DNA from: Planctomycetota bacterium
GTDB lineage: Bacteria; Planctomycetota; UBA8108; SXIK01
Reading direction: 5' to 3'
Assembly (NCBI GenBank): GCA_965223265.1
Contig: OZ244999.1
Coordinates: 7,392,001-7,456,000, forward strand
DNA: 64,000 nucleotides
The notes below the pieces were generated by a model. That model ran no database searches and was not told the origin of the DNA. It was given only the letters and a program-made list of their open reading frames with translations. How positions within the stretch are numbered: the stretch's first letter is position 1; every line of letters starts with the position of its first letter. Both the position numbers and the translations under genes were made by a program. Shown in pieces: positions 10,181 through 19,428 of the stretch.

Positions 10181-10282
10181 CCAACGTCTTAGTGCAGGGA
10201 ATCGTCAGCAAGGACCCCACCAGTTTTGACGGTCCCTTTGGAAGCTCTCCCCGAACTCTGTGCGCAGGGTGCGGGGTTTTTT
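10181..10282 (+). ncRNA. Candidate sigma54-dependent small RNA (~100 nt)
   Basis: Starts about 12 nt after the -12 box. It has a stem-loop (10196-10207 pairing with 10227-10237) and ends in a GC hairpin plus T6. No credible coding gene lies on this strand. Confidence 0.55.
10249..10282 (+). terminator. Rho-independent terminator
   Basis: ccccg-a-actctg-tgcg-cagggt-g-cgggg followed by tttttt. Confidence 0.8.
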
Positions 10283-10316
10283 ATTGGATCCCGAAGGCGC
10301 TGCCGTGTTCGCAGTG

Positions 10317-10500
10317 CTGCCCGCCTGAAAAAGTCATTCGGCTGAGAAACCGGCCTCTTCACGCCCAGATCGGCCGCGGCGAGCCTCGCCGTGTATATCT
10401 TATAGAAGAGGGCTCGGAGATTACCTACGTTCGCCGCGACCGATCTGGACGCGAAGCGACCAGTTTTCAGCTCGAGCACTTTTTCGGGCGGGCTGCTAAG
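10317..10500. mobile_element. MITE-like palindromic element, copy 1 (~180 bp)
   Basis: Terminal inverted repeats c(t)gcccgcctgaaaaagt / actttttcgggcgggctg; internal IR ccagatcggccgcggcga / tcgccgcgaccgatctgg; near-identical copy at 17338-17520. Confidence 0.75.
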
Positions 10501-11416
10501 CCGGGAGGAGGCCGAGTCTTTGCCCAATCAGGTACATGCCGAGCATGTGAGGCAAAAGAACGGCCAGCGCCAGAATCGGAAACGCCTGCGACGACCGAAT
10601 CCCCAGCACCTGGGGATAGAAGCGCAGACTGAGCACCGAGTAGACGAGCAGAACAGCCAAAGCACTGATGAGCATGCCTGGCTTCGTTCTGACGTAGGAT
10701 TCAAAAGCAGGGAAGAGTTCGTCGCTCGCCGCCAGTGATTCCGCCGGGCTGCCCAGATAGACCATGAAGAGCGCCATGGCTCCGAGCGTCAGCAGCGTCG
10801 AAAAGGTCAACGTCTCGGTCAAAAAGACGGCTTTCACCGACTTGCGAAACGAGGTCTCTTTCACGAAGGTGAAAATCGTTGCCAGCCAGACCAGGATGCT
10901 CTGCACAAACGAGTGTGACAACAGACCGAGGAAAGCCACCAGCACGACGCGGGGAACCGGCAGCCCGAAGAGGCTCTTGGTCGTGACTTGGTGAACAACG
11001 TTGGACCAGGCGTTCGGCAGGTTACCGAACGTGTTTTCGCCACTGGCTCCCTGCTCTTCCAATGGTCGCGGCTCTGGGGGCTCCTCCGGGACGAATTTTA
11101 AGTTGCCCGGATTGAGATGCTCCGCCCGGTCCATCGTGCCCTGTTCCCAGGCGTCACGCCCGAGCGGCGGGAGGTAGATCGTCTCACCGTAATGCAGCTG
11201 ATGGCTCGACGGCAGCCATGGGTTGTGGCGCCGGATTTCGGGCCACAGCAGACCGTTGCCGTACTCGCGCTCAGCGATCGAGAACAGAGTGTCGCCGTGC
11301 TGCACTTGATAATTGCGCCCGCTCGCCCTTGCACCCACCGACGAAGGGCCTGGCTCGCAGGCAACGAGAAAGAGGGTTGAAAGGAAGCTCAAAGTGAGGA
11401 GTCGCATTTCGTTCAT
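10496..11416 (-). CDS. LysM-domain lipoprotein with C-terminal multi-TM domain
   Basis: Lipobox LFLVAC, LysM YQVQHGDTLFSIAEREYG..LHYGETIYLP, about 4 hydrophobic helices at the C-terminus. Confidence 0.8.
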   Translation of the reverse strand: MNEMRLLTLSFLSTLFLVACEPGPSSVGARASGRNYQVQHGDTLFSIAEREYGNGLLWPEIRRHNPWLPSSHQLHYGETIYLPPLGRDAWEQGTMDRAEHLNPGNLKFVPEEPPEPRPLEEQGASGENTFGNLPNAWSNVVHQVTTKSLFGLPVPRVVLVAFLGLLSHSFVQSILVWLATIFTFVKETSFRKSVKAVFLTETLTFSTLLTLGAMALFMVYLGSPAESLAASDELFPAFESYVRTKPGMLISALAVLLVYSVLSLRFYPQVLGIRSSQAFPILALAVLLPHMLGMYLIGQRLGLLPA

Positions 11417-11658
11417 GTCCGTTGACAGATCGGCGGTTCACCCTTCGAATCGGAAGATGCTGACCGATAATTGAGCCAAAACCGAAAGATTGACCTGCAG
11501 GGCGCCGCCGGAAGCATTACCGGAAACATTCTCGCCGCTTGCGGCGCCGGCCCCGGGAATCTTTGACGAAGACTCGCGCCGCTGGAGGTAGCGTGGTACC
11601 TTCGCGGCCGCGGAATATCGCCACCACTGCTTCAAAGAGCGTAGAACCTGTAGACGCT

Positions 11659-12198
11659 ATGAATCGACCTGCACGCGTCCTGCTGGCAGCGGGAGCCGAT
11701 CGGCCTGGAATCGTCGACCGAATCTCCGGCGTCGTCTTCGATCAGGGCTGCAATCTGGAGGACTCCCGCATGTCGCTGCTGGGCGGCGAATTCGCGCTCA
11801 TGATGCTCATCACCGGCAGCGAGGCACAACTCGACGCGGTCAAGCGAGGAGTCGGCGAGATCGCGGCAGAAATCCAACTAACGACACAGTGGAAATCAAC
11901 GCACACCGAAGGTGATCGTGATCGCCTCCGTGGCGTGCCGTACACGGTGCACGCAATCGCGATGGATCACCCAGGAATCGTGCATAAGATCGTCCATGAG
12001 CTCGCGAAGGACGGCGGCAACGTGCTGCGGCTCGACACATCGCTGGTCCCGGCGCCGACAACCGGCACGCCAATGTTCTCGCTGCGGTTGGACGTCGAGC
12101 TGCCGACCGACGTCGCCTTGGCTTCTGTGAGAAACCAACTCGAGCAACTTGGAGCGCAGGAGAATATCGACATCGAATTGCGTGTCGCCGACGCTTAG
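11659..12198 (+). CDS. gcvR: ACT-domain glycine cleavage system repressor (GcvR-like)
   Basis: GADRPGIV..GCNLEDSRMSLLGGEFALMM and second ACT MDHPGIVHKI; ATG at 11659. Confidence 0.85.
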   Translation: MNRPARVLLAAGADRPGIVDRISGVVFDQGCNLEDSRMSLLGGEFALMMLITGSEAQLDAVKRGVGEIAAEIQLTTQWKSTHTEGDRDRLRGVPYTVHAIAMDHPGIVHKIVHELAKDGGNVLRLDTSLVPAPTTGTPMFSLRLDVELPTDVALASVRNQLEQLGAQENIDIELRVADA

Positions 12199-12308
12199 CC
12201 TTGTCGCGAGATCAGTAGCGATCTCACCTCAGGTCGACCGATCGAGCGCACCGTCGTTCATGTCCTCGGCGTGCTCTCCCCCAAGGAAACCCTCTCTGTG
12301 ACCTGCGA

Positions 12309-12761
12309 TTGATGGAAGTTTGGAATTTCCTCAAACAAATCGAGCCCCGCTTCTATCAAGAACGCCATCTCGGACTGGATCTCTATCAAAGCGGCATCGG
12401 CGGTTGTGTCGTCGCCGTGTTGGCTGTCGCTTCGATCGTGGTCTTTCTTCTCGCTATCTTTCACGTGATCCCGGTAAAGAAACACGTTGTGGTACTTCTC
12501 GTCAGCCTGGGGAGCGTTTCAATGCTGATCGGCGCACTCGCGACGTACTGGCATGCGACACACTTGGACGCGCTTCTCGTCAGGCTAGCTCAACTGCCAG
12601 GGAGCGAACCCACGACCAACGGACACCACGCCGCTCTGGCCGCCCTACCGCTGGTTGTGGGTGGCGCGACGTTGCTTGCGGATATCTGTGGCTGCCTCTA
12701 CATGGCGGCATTCTGGGGCAGCAACGTTCTGCAGAAACAGCAGCGGCGCGCACGTCGGTGA
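12309..12761 (+). CDS. Hypothetical membrane protein (about 3 TM helices)
   Basis: Three hydrophobic segments; fills the gap between gcvR and rpiB. Confidence 0.6.
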   Translation: MMEVWNFLKQIEPRFYQERHLGLDLYQSGIGGCVVAVLAVASIVVFLLAIFHVIPVKKHVVVLLVSLGSVSMLIGALATYWHATHLDALLVRLAQLPGSEPTTNGHHAALAALPLVVGGATLLADICGCLYMAAFWGSNVLQKQQRRARR

Positions 12762-12821
12762 CGATGGCACAAGGTGTCAAGGAGATCGAACCGTGACGCC
12801 GCCCCGCGTCCTGCAGCAGGC

Positions 12822-13301
12822 CTACTGACCCGCACCGCCGAGCTGGCGAGCTTCGATCTGCTGGATTCGCGCGAGCCGGCGTGCGTATCGAGTCTCTTGC
12901 GAGAACTCAGCCGCAACGAACCGTTCCACCACCTCACGGGCGAGCTCACTGCCGATGATCCGGCTGCCTAGACAGAGGATATTCAGATCGTCGTGCTCGA
13001 CCCCTTGGTGCGCCGAGTAAGTATCGTGACACGCCGATGCACGCGCGCCGACGACCTTGTTCGCCGCAACGCTCATTCCAACCGCGCTGCCGCAGACCAA
13101 AATGCCGCGGGCCACGCCCCCAGCTGCGATATCCGCAACGACGCCGTTCGCGACGCGCTCGGCAAAACCGGGATAGTCACAAGGAGTCTCTGCGTCTTTG
13201 GTGCCGTGATCCTCCACTTCGTGACCGAGCTCGGACAAACGCTGCTTTAACGACTGCTTCAAATAGAATCCGGCGTGATCTGCGCCCAGGTGGATTTTCA
13301 C
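12822..13301 (-). CDS. rpiB: Ribose-5-phosphate isomerase B (RpiB/LacA/LacB family)
   Basis: IHLGADHAG, DYP, RGILVCGSAVGMSVAANKV, HQGVEHDDLNILCLGSR; GTG start at 13301. Confidence 0.92.
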   Translation of the reverse strand: MKIHLGADHAGFYLKQSLKQRLSELGHEVEDHGTKDAETPCDYPGFAERVANGVVADIAAGGVARGILVCGSAVGMSVAANKVVGARASACHDTYSAHQGVEHDDLNILCLGSRIIGSELAREVVERFVAAEFSQETRYARRLARIQQIEARQLGGAGQ

Positions 13302-13620
13302 GTCTGGTTCCCCTGATCCTCGGTCGGTGGCTCGCGAGTGGTCGCTATCTGACTCAGCGCTCGGGGGCGCGATGGTGAAGACAGGGTGGATAGCATAACG
13401 GTTTCCAAGGGAGGGACAACCCGGCTCCGTCGCCAAGGATCGCACGCTGTCGGCCCGAGTTGCCGCGGCGAACGAACCGCGCGACGCGAGGGTCTCAGCC
13501 GCCTGCGCAGCGTGCCCCCCAGGCAGCGCGGTTTCTGGCTGGTGCGCGCTGCGTCAAACCCCTAAAATGCTGCGTTTGCAGTCTCCTCGCTGGAACTCTT
13601 TTCTCACAAGGGCCGAAGCC

Positions 13621-14418
13621 ATGCACATTGTTCGATTCCTCGACCGTACCGGCAACGAGCGCTACGGAGAGCGCGTCGACGCAAACTCCGCCAAGGTGAT
13701 CGAAGGCGACCTCTATGGCAGCTATCGCGTCACCGACGAGACGTCAACCATCGAGAAACTCTTGGCACCGGTCGTGCCGCGCATCATTCTTTGCATCGGC
13801 CTCAACTACAGACAACATGCCGAAGAGGGGGGCGCCGCGATTCCCGAGTATCCCGTTCTTTTCATCAAGAATCCAGCAGCGCTGCAAAACCCGGGGGACG
13901 AGGTCGTCGTGCCCAAGATCGAGCCCGTCGAAGTCGATTATGAGTGTGAGCTCGCTGTGGTCATCGGTAAGGCGGCCAAAAATGTCGCCAAGAGCGATGC
14001 TCTCTCTCACGTCTTGGGCTACACGTGTGCCAACGACGTCTCCGGACGCAATTGGCAGTCGAAAAAGGGCGGCGGCCAGTGGTGCCGCGGGAAATCGTTC
14101 GACACGTTCTTTCCGCTCGGCCCGGACCTTGTGACGCCAGACGAAATCACGAATCCGAATGATCTCAAGATCAAGACTGTCCTCAACGGCGAGACGATGC
14201 AGGACTGGACGACTTCGGACATGATTTTTGACGTGCCGACTCTGATCAGCTTCCTCAGCCAGGGAACGACCCTGCTGCCTGGCACCGTGATCTCGACCGG
14301 CACTCCTCAGGGCGTCGGCTTCGCGCGCAAACCTCCAGTGTTCCTCAAAGGCGGCGATACCGTCTCCATCGAGATCGACCGAATCGGGACACTCACCAAT
14401 CCGGTCGTCGCTGAGTGA
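13621..14418 (+). CDS. Fumarylacetoacetate hydrolase family protein
   Basis: CIGLNYRQH, VDYECELAVVIGK, GYTCANDVSGR, GKSFDTF.PLGP, TGTPQGVG. Confidence 0.95.
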   Translation: MHIVRFLDRTGNERYGERVDANSAKVIEGDLYGSYRVTDETSTIEKLLAPVVPRIILCIGLNYRQHAEEGGAAIPEYPVLFIKNPAALQNPGDEVVVPKIEPVEVDYECELAVVIGKAAKNVAKSDALSHVLGYTCANDVSGRNWQSKKGGGQWCRGKSFDTFFPLGPDLVTPDEITNPNDLKIKTVLNGETMQDWTTSDMIFDVPTLISFLSQGTTLLPGTVISTGTPQGVGFARKPPVFLKGGDTVSIEIDRIGTLTNPVVAE

Positions 14419-14589
14419 CACGACGGAAAGGCTGACGCCGATTTCGCAGCGGGCGATTCGCCTGGGAACGCCGAAATCGATTTGGCTGACCGGCGCTTTT
14501 GCGCTACCGTGACACATCGGTGTGAACCGGAATCTTCGTGTTCCCACCGCCTGAAACAGGCACCTAACAAAACTCCACGGGAGGAATCC

Positions 14590-15900
14590 ATGAGCGAGGT
14601 CAGTCGCAGATCATTTATCAAGACGTCGGCGGCGGTCGGTGCTGCCGCGGGAATCGGCGTCGCTGGCGTCGGCAAGAGCTACGCTGCCAACGAGACAATT
14701 CGTGCCGGCGTAATCGGGATTCGCGGCCGAGGCAGGTCACACATCGGCGGCTTCAACGGCCTCCCGGGTGTCGACGTCGTCGCGATTTGTGATGTCGACC
14801 GACGCGAGCTCAGCCGCAGAGTCAAAGAGCTCGACGAGAAGGGGCAGAAGACGCCTGAAACCTTCGTCGACATGCGAGAGCTCTTCGAGCGCAAGGACGT
14901 TGACGTCGTCGGCATCGCGACGCCGAACCACTGGCACTCCCTTTGTGGCATTTGGGCGATGCAATCGGGCAAGGACATTTACGTCGAGAAACCCTGCTCG
15001 CACAATGTCTTCGAAGGTCGGCAGCTCGTGCATGCCGCTCGCAAGTACCAGCGCGTCTGCCAGCACGGAACCCAGATCCGCAGCTCGCCCGCGGTGCAAG
15101 AAGGCATTCAACTTCTTCGCGACGGCGTCATCGGAGAGGTCTACATGGCGAAGGGTCTCTGCTACAAATGGCGTAACACCATCCAGAAGACCCCGGAGCA
15201 GCCGGCGCCGAGCGAGGTCAACTACGATCTGTGGCTCGGACCCGCTCCGACACGTCCGTACAGTCGCAACCGTTTCCACTACAACTGGCACTGGCACTGG
15301 GACTACGGCAACGGAGACATCGGCAACCAAGGCGTGCACCAAATGGATGTTGCCCGCTGGGGCCTGGGCGTTGGGTTGCCGAAAAAGGCGCAGGCTATGG
15401 GCGGCCACTTCATGTTCGACGATGACCAAGAAACGCCCAACACGATCCTCGCGTCGTTCGAGTATCCCGAAGAACAGAAGATGCTCGTCTTCGAGACGCG
15501 CCACTGGATCACCAACAACGAGAACGTTGGCGGCAGGCCCAACGGCGCCATCGGCAACGTCTTCTACGGCTCGGAAGGCATCATGATCATGCCGAACTAC
15601 TCGACCTACAAGGTCTTCATCGGCCGCGATCACGAGCCTGGTCCAACGCGCAGCGAGAGCGGCAGCCACTTCGGCAACTTCATCGACGCAGTGCGGGCGC
15701 GCGATCCGCAGCAATTGAGCGCAGACGTCGAAGAAGGGCACAAATCGTCCGCCCTTTGCCACCTGGCCAACGTCGCTTACCGCATGGGGCGAACGATCAG
15801 TTTTGATCCCGAAAGCGAGCAGGTGGTTGGTGACATGGAAGCCAACGCGCTTCTGACGCGCAACTATCGCTCACCGTTCGTGGTTCCCGAGATCTCGTAG
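14590..15900 (+). CDS. Tat-exported Gfo/Idh/MocA family oxidoreductase
   Basis: SRRSFIK twin-arginine signal, GVIGIRGRG, IATPNHWH, YVEKP; SD gagga before ATG 14590. Confidence 0.93.
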   Translation: MSEVSRRSFIKTSAAVGAAAGIGVAGVGKSYAANETIRAGVIGIRGRGRSHIGGFNGLPGVDVVAICDVDRRELSRRVKELDEKGQKTPETFVDMRELFERKDVDVVGIATPNHWHSLCGIWAMQSGKDIYVEKPCSHNVFEGRQLVHAARKYQRVCQHGTQIRSSPAVQEGIQLLRDGVIGEVYMAKGLCYKWRNTIQKTPEQPAPSEVNYDLWLGPAPTRPYSRNRFHYNWHWHWDYGNGDIGNQGVHQMDVARWGLGVGLPKKAQAMGGHFMFDDDQETPNTILASFEYPEEQKMLVFETRHWITNNENVGGRPNGAIGNVFYGSEGIMIMPNYSTYKVFIGRDHEPGPTRSESGSHFGNFIDAVRARDPQQLSADVEEGHKSSALCHLANVAYRMGRTISFDPESEQVVGDMEANALLTRNYRSPFVVPEIS

Positions 15901-16058
15901 ACGATCTCGACCTTCGAACCAAAGAGTTTGGTGCTGGGTGTTCGACGGTTCGCCGCCAGTGGCAATCGCCGAACACCCACCTCCTCCGACTCTTCTCCGG
16001 TTGACAGACTGCGATCGACGCACCGCTGCTCGCTCGGCAAGGCTGTCAAACTGAGACC

Positions 16059-17279
16059 CTAGGAGGACAGCGTTCGCACAGCTTCCGCCGGGACAAAGCC
16101 GTCTGCGGACCCAGCCGTCGCAGCGGCGAAACGCTCGTAGTCCTCGCGCTGCGGCGCTGGGACACCGGCGCGCGGAAAGCGCTCGGCGTAATTGAAAGCG
16201 AACTCAAACTCGAGCTCAGCGTTCGTCGGCGCCGCGCCGAAGACGCGCTTCCAGACGTCCGGCGGCTCCATGCACAGGTAGATCACGGGACGCTGCGGCG
16301 CCGGCCGCAGGCGCGTGCCCAGCTGCTCGACGACGTGGCGGTACATTGCGACGCGCATCGGCCGCAAGTAGTGGAACTTGCCGTCAGCGGCACGAGTGAA
16401 CTCTCCGGAGCGCAGCGTGGAGCGGGGAAAACGCGCCGCCATCGTTGCTTTCATCTCAGGCGGAAATCGGAGCGTCCCCAGGCTGATCCAGGCGATCCGC
16501 TGCGACGGAACCGCCGCCAACAACCTCTCGACGAGATCACGATACGCCTCTTCCCAGCCGTCGAAGTAGATCATAGGGTCGAGGTGAAAACCGATCGGGT
16601 ATCCACTCTCGGCGAGGCGCCGAGCGGCCTCAAGTCGCGCCTCAAGGGGTGCGGTTTTGAACTCTTCTCGACGCACGATCTCTGGCGGATTGAGCGACCA
16701 CGAGACCACCGTGCTCTCCCCAGCATCCATGTCCAAAAGGTGATCGATATTGTCAGTTTTCGTCTTCAACTCGAGGACGCCATTCTCGAGCCCGCGAAAA
16801 AACGGCACCATGTGACGCGTCGATTCTCCGAGCGGATCGAGAAGCAAGCTGTCGGCGAGCTCACCGGTGCCTATGCGAAAGAGCCGCGCCGGCGCCGTCG
16901 CTACCGTCGCCGCGATCTCCGCCTGCAAATCCTCGACGTTCCCGAAGAGTGTCAGGTGTGGGCTGTTCATGTAGAACTGCAGGATGCAGTATGTGCACTC
17001 CATCGCACAGTTGTTCGCCTCAGCAAGCGTGTGGAGATTGCAGCAGGCGTAGCTCGACTTCCACCCCTGACAGAGCTTCATGGCGCGGCCTTGGTAGCGA
17101 CGCAGCAAGAGGAGACGTTTGCCCTCGGTCAGCGGCAGCTGGCGCGTTGAGGCAGCAAGGCTCTCTGTCGCTTCAACGCTGACGGGAATGCCGCCCGCGT
17201 TGCGGCGTACGTTCGCCGCTAGCCTGGTGTGCTCCACTTGCGGATCGATCACGATGCGTGATAGGGATGGTTCAATCAT
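16059..17279 (-). CDS. Spore-photoproduct-lyase-like radical SAM protein
   Basis: NCAMECTYCILQ (CxxxCxxC), RIGTGELADSL, LELKTK, VVSWSLNP, IGFHLDPMI, YLCME. Confidence 0.85.
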   Translation of the reverse strand: MIEPSLSRIVIDPQVEHTRLAANVRRNAGGIPVSVEATESLAASTRQLPLTEGKRLLLLRRYQGRAMKLCQGWKSSYACCNLHTLAEANNCAMECTYCILQFYMNSPHLTLFGNVEDLQAEIAATVATAPARLFRIGTGELADSLLLDPLGESTRHMVPFFRGLENGVLELKTKTDNIDHLLDMDAGESTVVSWSLNPPEIVRREEFKTAPLEARLEAARRLAESGYPIGFHLDPMIYFDGWEEAYRDLVERLLAAVPSQRIAWISLGTLRFPPEMKATMAARFPRSTLRSGEFTRAADGKFHYLRPMRVAMYRHVVEQLGTRLRPAPQRPVIYLCMEPPDVWKRVFGAAPTNAELEFEFAFNYAERFPRAGVPAPQREDYERFAAATAGSADGFVPAEAVRTLSS

Positions 17280-17337
17280 TGGCAGCAGAAAAAAAAGAGT
17301 GACCTGCGGACAGCGTCGCCGGACGGCCCTGACCTGA

Positions 17338-17520
17338 CAGCCCGCCTGAAAAAGTCATTAGGCCGAGAAACTGGCCTCTTCACGCCCAGATCGGCCGCGG
17401 CGAGCCTCGCCGTGTATATCTTATAGAAGAGGGCTCGGAGATTACCTACGTTCGCCGCGGCCGATCTGGACGCGAAGCGATCAGTTTTCGACTCGAAGCA
17501 CTTTTCAACGGGCTGCTAAG
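17338..17520. mobile_element. MITE-like palindromic element, copy 2
   Basis: Near-identical to 10317-10500; begins cagcccgcctgaaaaagt, ends ..cgggctgctaag and is followed by a second ctaag. Confidence 0.75.
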
Positions 17521-17540
17521 CTAAGGGACGAGAAGCGCTA

Positions 17541-18506
17541 CTATAGCAGGTCATAGAAACCTTTGAAGAACTCTTCGTTTCGAGCCAGCTCTTCTCGAAA
17601 TCGGGACATGCTGTCGGCGTCCTCGAGATCCGCGATGAGTCGGACACCAGGCCGCTCGAGGGTGGGATCCCACTCCACACGCACCGGCACATCAAAACGA
17701 AGGCCAGCGCTGAGCTCGGCGAGCCGTCCACGATAGCGCGTCAGTTCAGGGTAGCGCCGCTCGCGCAGCGCCGCGAGAACCGCGTTGCCCGCCTCCGGGC
17801 TGTCGCCGCCGCAATCGTCGGCGCGACAAGCTGCGGCGAGCACTGCCTCAGGGGAAACACTCTCGCTATGCGCGATTTCGTCCAGGAGCTCGGCAGCCTC
17901 GGCGACCTCGTTCAGCGTCCAGCCGTATCGGCGCGCGGCCGAGATGAACCCGTGTGCTGCACCAGCAGGGAGACGAAAAAAACTTCGAGCGCGGCGCAGT
18001 GACAGCCCGCGTTCCTCGACGTATGCCTGAACCTCCACAGGCAGGTCTAGGAGCTTCAAGTGGGATTGGTAAAGCTCCTTCGATCGCCGGAGTCCTAGCA
18101 AGCGAAGCTTTTCGGTGATGATTCGTTCAGCGTCGAGCTGGGCATCGGAAAGCAATTGCCGAATGACACGCGCAATCTCGATCACTCCCCAGCGCTCGTT
18201 GTCCTCAAGAAACAGGTCCCAAAGCTCCTCACGTGTCGCGGCGCCGCGGAGTACGAAACAGGGGAGTCGTTCCTGCGTCGGTGGCGCGAGCCGGTAGCGC
18301 CCCCAGCCTGAAAGCAGATGGAACACGCCTGCGGCCGTCGGATCTTCACGCACGAACAGCGGGCTCGACACTCCGCGGCGCGCGATCGAATCCGCAAGCT
18401 CCCGAGGATAGTCTTCGCGCACCCGAAAGGATGAATCTGAAGTCGAGAGCTCGGAGCGCAGCAGCCAAATGCACTCCGGCGTTTCATTCAAGCGTTGATG
18501 CATCAT
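17541..18506 (-). CDS. ParB/Srx-like N-terminal domain protein
   Basis: ELADSIARRGVSSPLFV..HLLSGWGR resembles the ParB-N fold, followed by a helical region LKLLDLPVEVQ; co-oriented upstream of the SPL-like gene; start uncertain. Confidence 0.6.
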   Translation of the reverse strand: MMHQRLNETPECIWLLRSELSTSDSSFRVREDYPRELADSIARRGVSSPLFVREDPTAAGVFHLLSGWGRYRLAPPTQERLPCFVLRGAATREELWDLFLEDNERWGVIEIARVIRQLLSDAQLDAERIITEKLRLLGLRRSKELYQSHLKLLDLPVEVQAYVEERGLSLRRARSFFRLPAGAAHGFISAARRYGWTLNEVAEAAELLDEIAHSESVSPEAVLAAACRADDCGGDSPEAGNAVLAALRERRYPELTRYRGRLAELSAGLRFDVPVRVEWDPTLERPGVRLIADLEDADSMSRFREELARNEEFFKGFYDLL

Positions 18507-18528
18507 TCTGGCTAAGATAACCGAGAAC

Positions 18529-19428
18529 ATGAGCACTCAAGACCACCATGATTTCAAAAACCACGCCATCGTCATCGGCTGCGGCTACCTCGGAGTGCGG
18601 GTCGCGCGCGTCCTCCAAGCTCGGGGACACAAGGTCGACGGGACGTCCCGGCGACAGGCACGCTTCGAAGAGTTCGAGCGGCAAGGCATTCGAGGACTGC
18701 AAGTCGATTTCGCGACCGGAAACGACGGTGCGCTCTTCGAGCACCCCTACGGACCAGCGATTTACGCTGTCGCGCCGGGCGCCGACGGCGACGACACACT
18801 AGTTTTTCGCGACACCGTTCTGCGCCTCATCGACCGCTGGCACGCCGCCCCACCGGCACGGTTCCTACTCATCTCGTCGACCGGTGTCTACTCCCAAAAC
18901 AGCGGCGAATGGGTCGACGAAACCAGTACGTGTGACCCGGAGTCCGAACGCTACCGAAGAATCCTTGAAGGCGAAACGGCGGTGCTCTCGGCAGCTCGGC
19001 AGGGCTTTCCCGGCATGGTCCTGCGACTTGGGGGGATCTACGGTCCGAATCGTTCTCCGGTCGACTGGGTTCGAGACGACGCCTGGCGGCGACGACTCGA
19101 GGGCGGCGCCGCGAACGCCTTCATGAATTGGATTCACGTTGACGATGCTGCAGCCGCGATCGCCCTGGCCGCGGAACGAGGTGCTGCCGGCGCAATCTAT
19201 CTCATCGTGGACGATGAGCCTGTGCGCCGATGCCATTTCTACGCCGAGGCATGTCGTCTCGCAGGCGTCCCAGGGCTCTCCCTCACAGACGATCCGCGAC
19301 GCCTGTCGAAACGATGCTCGAACCGCCGAACGCGTGAGGAGCTCGGTTTTCAGCCGCAGTTCGCAAATTACCGCGAGGGACTCGCAGCGCTCGCGAGCCA
19401 AGACTCGTCACCGGTTGACCGCCATTGA
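18529..19428 (+). CDS. NAD-dependent epimerase/dehydratase (atypical SDR, YeeZ-like)
   Basis: IGCGYLG, ISSTGVY, LRLGGIYGP, NWIHVDD. Confidence 0.88.
   Translation: MSTQDHHDFKNHAIVIGCGYLGVRVARVLQARGHKVDGTSRRQARFEEFERQGIRGLQVDFATGNDGALFEHPYGPAIYAVAPGADGDDTLVFRDTVLRLIDRWHAAPPARFLLISSTGVYSQNSGEWVDETSTCDPESERYRRILEGETAVLSAARQGFPGMVLRLGGIYGPNRSPVDWVRDDAWRRRLEGGAANAFMNWIHVDDAAAAIALAAERGAAGAIYLIVDDEPVRRCHFYAEACRLAGVPGLSLTDDPRRLSKRCSNRRTREELGFQPQFANYREGLAALASQDSSPVDRH

Noticed and set aside
10192-10632. 146-aa ORF downstream of the sigma54 promoter
   Set aside because: It runs through a terminator and the MITE-like element and overlaps the LysM gene antisense.
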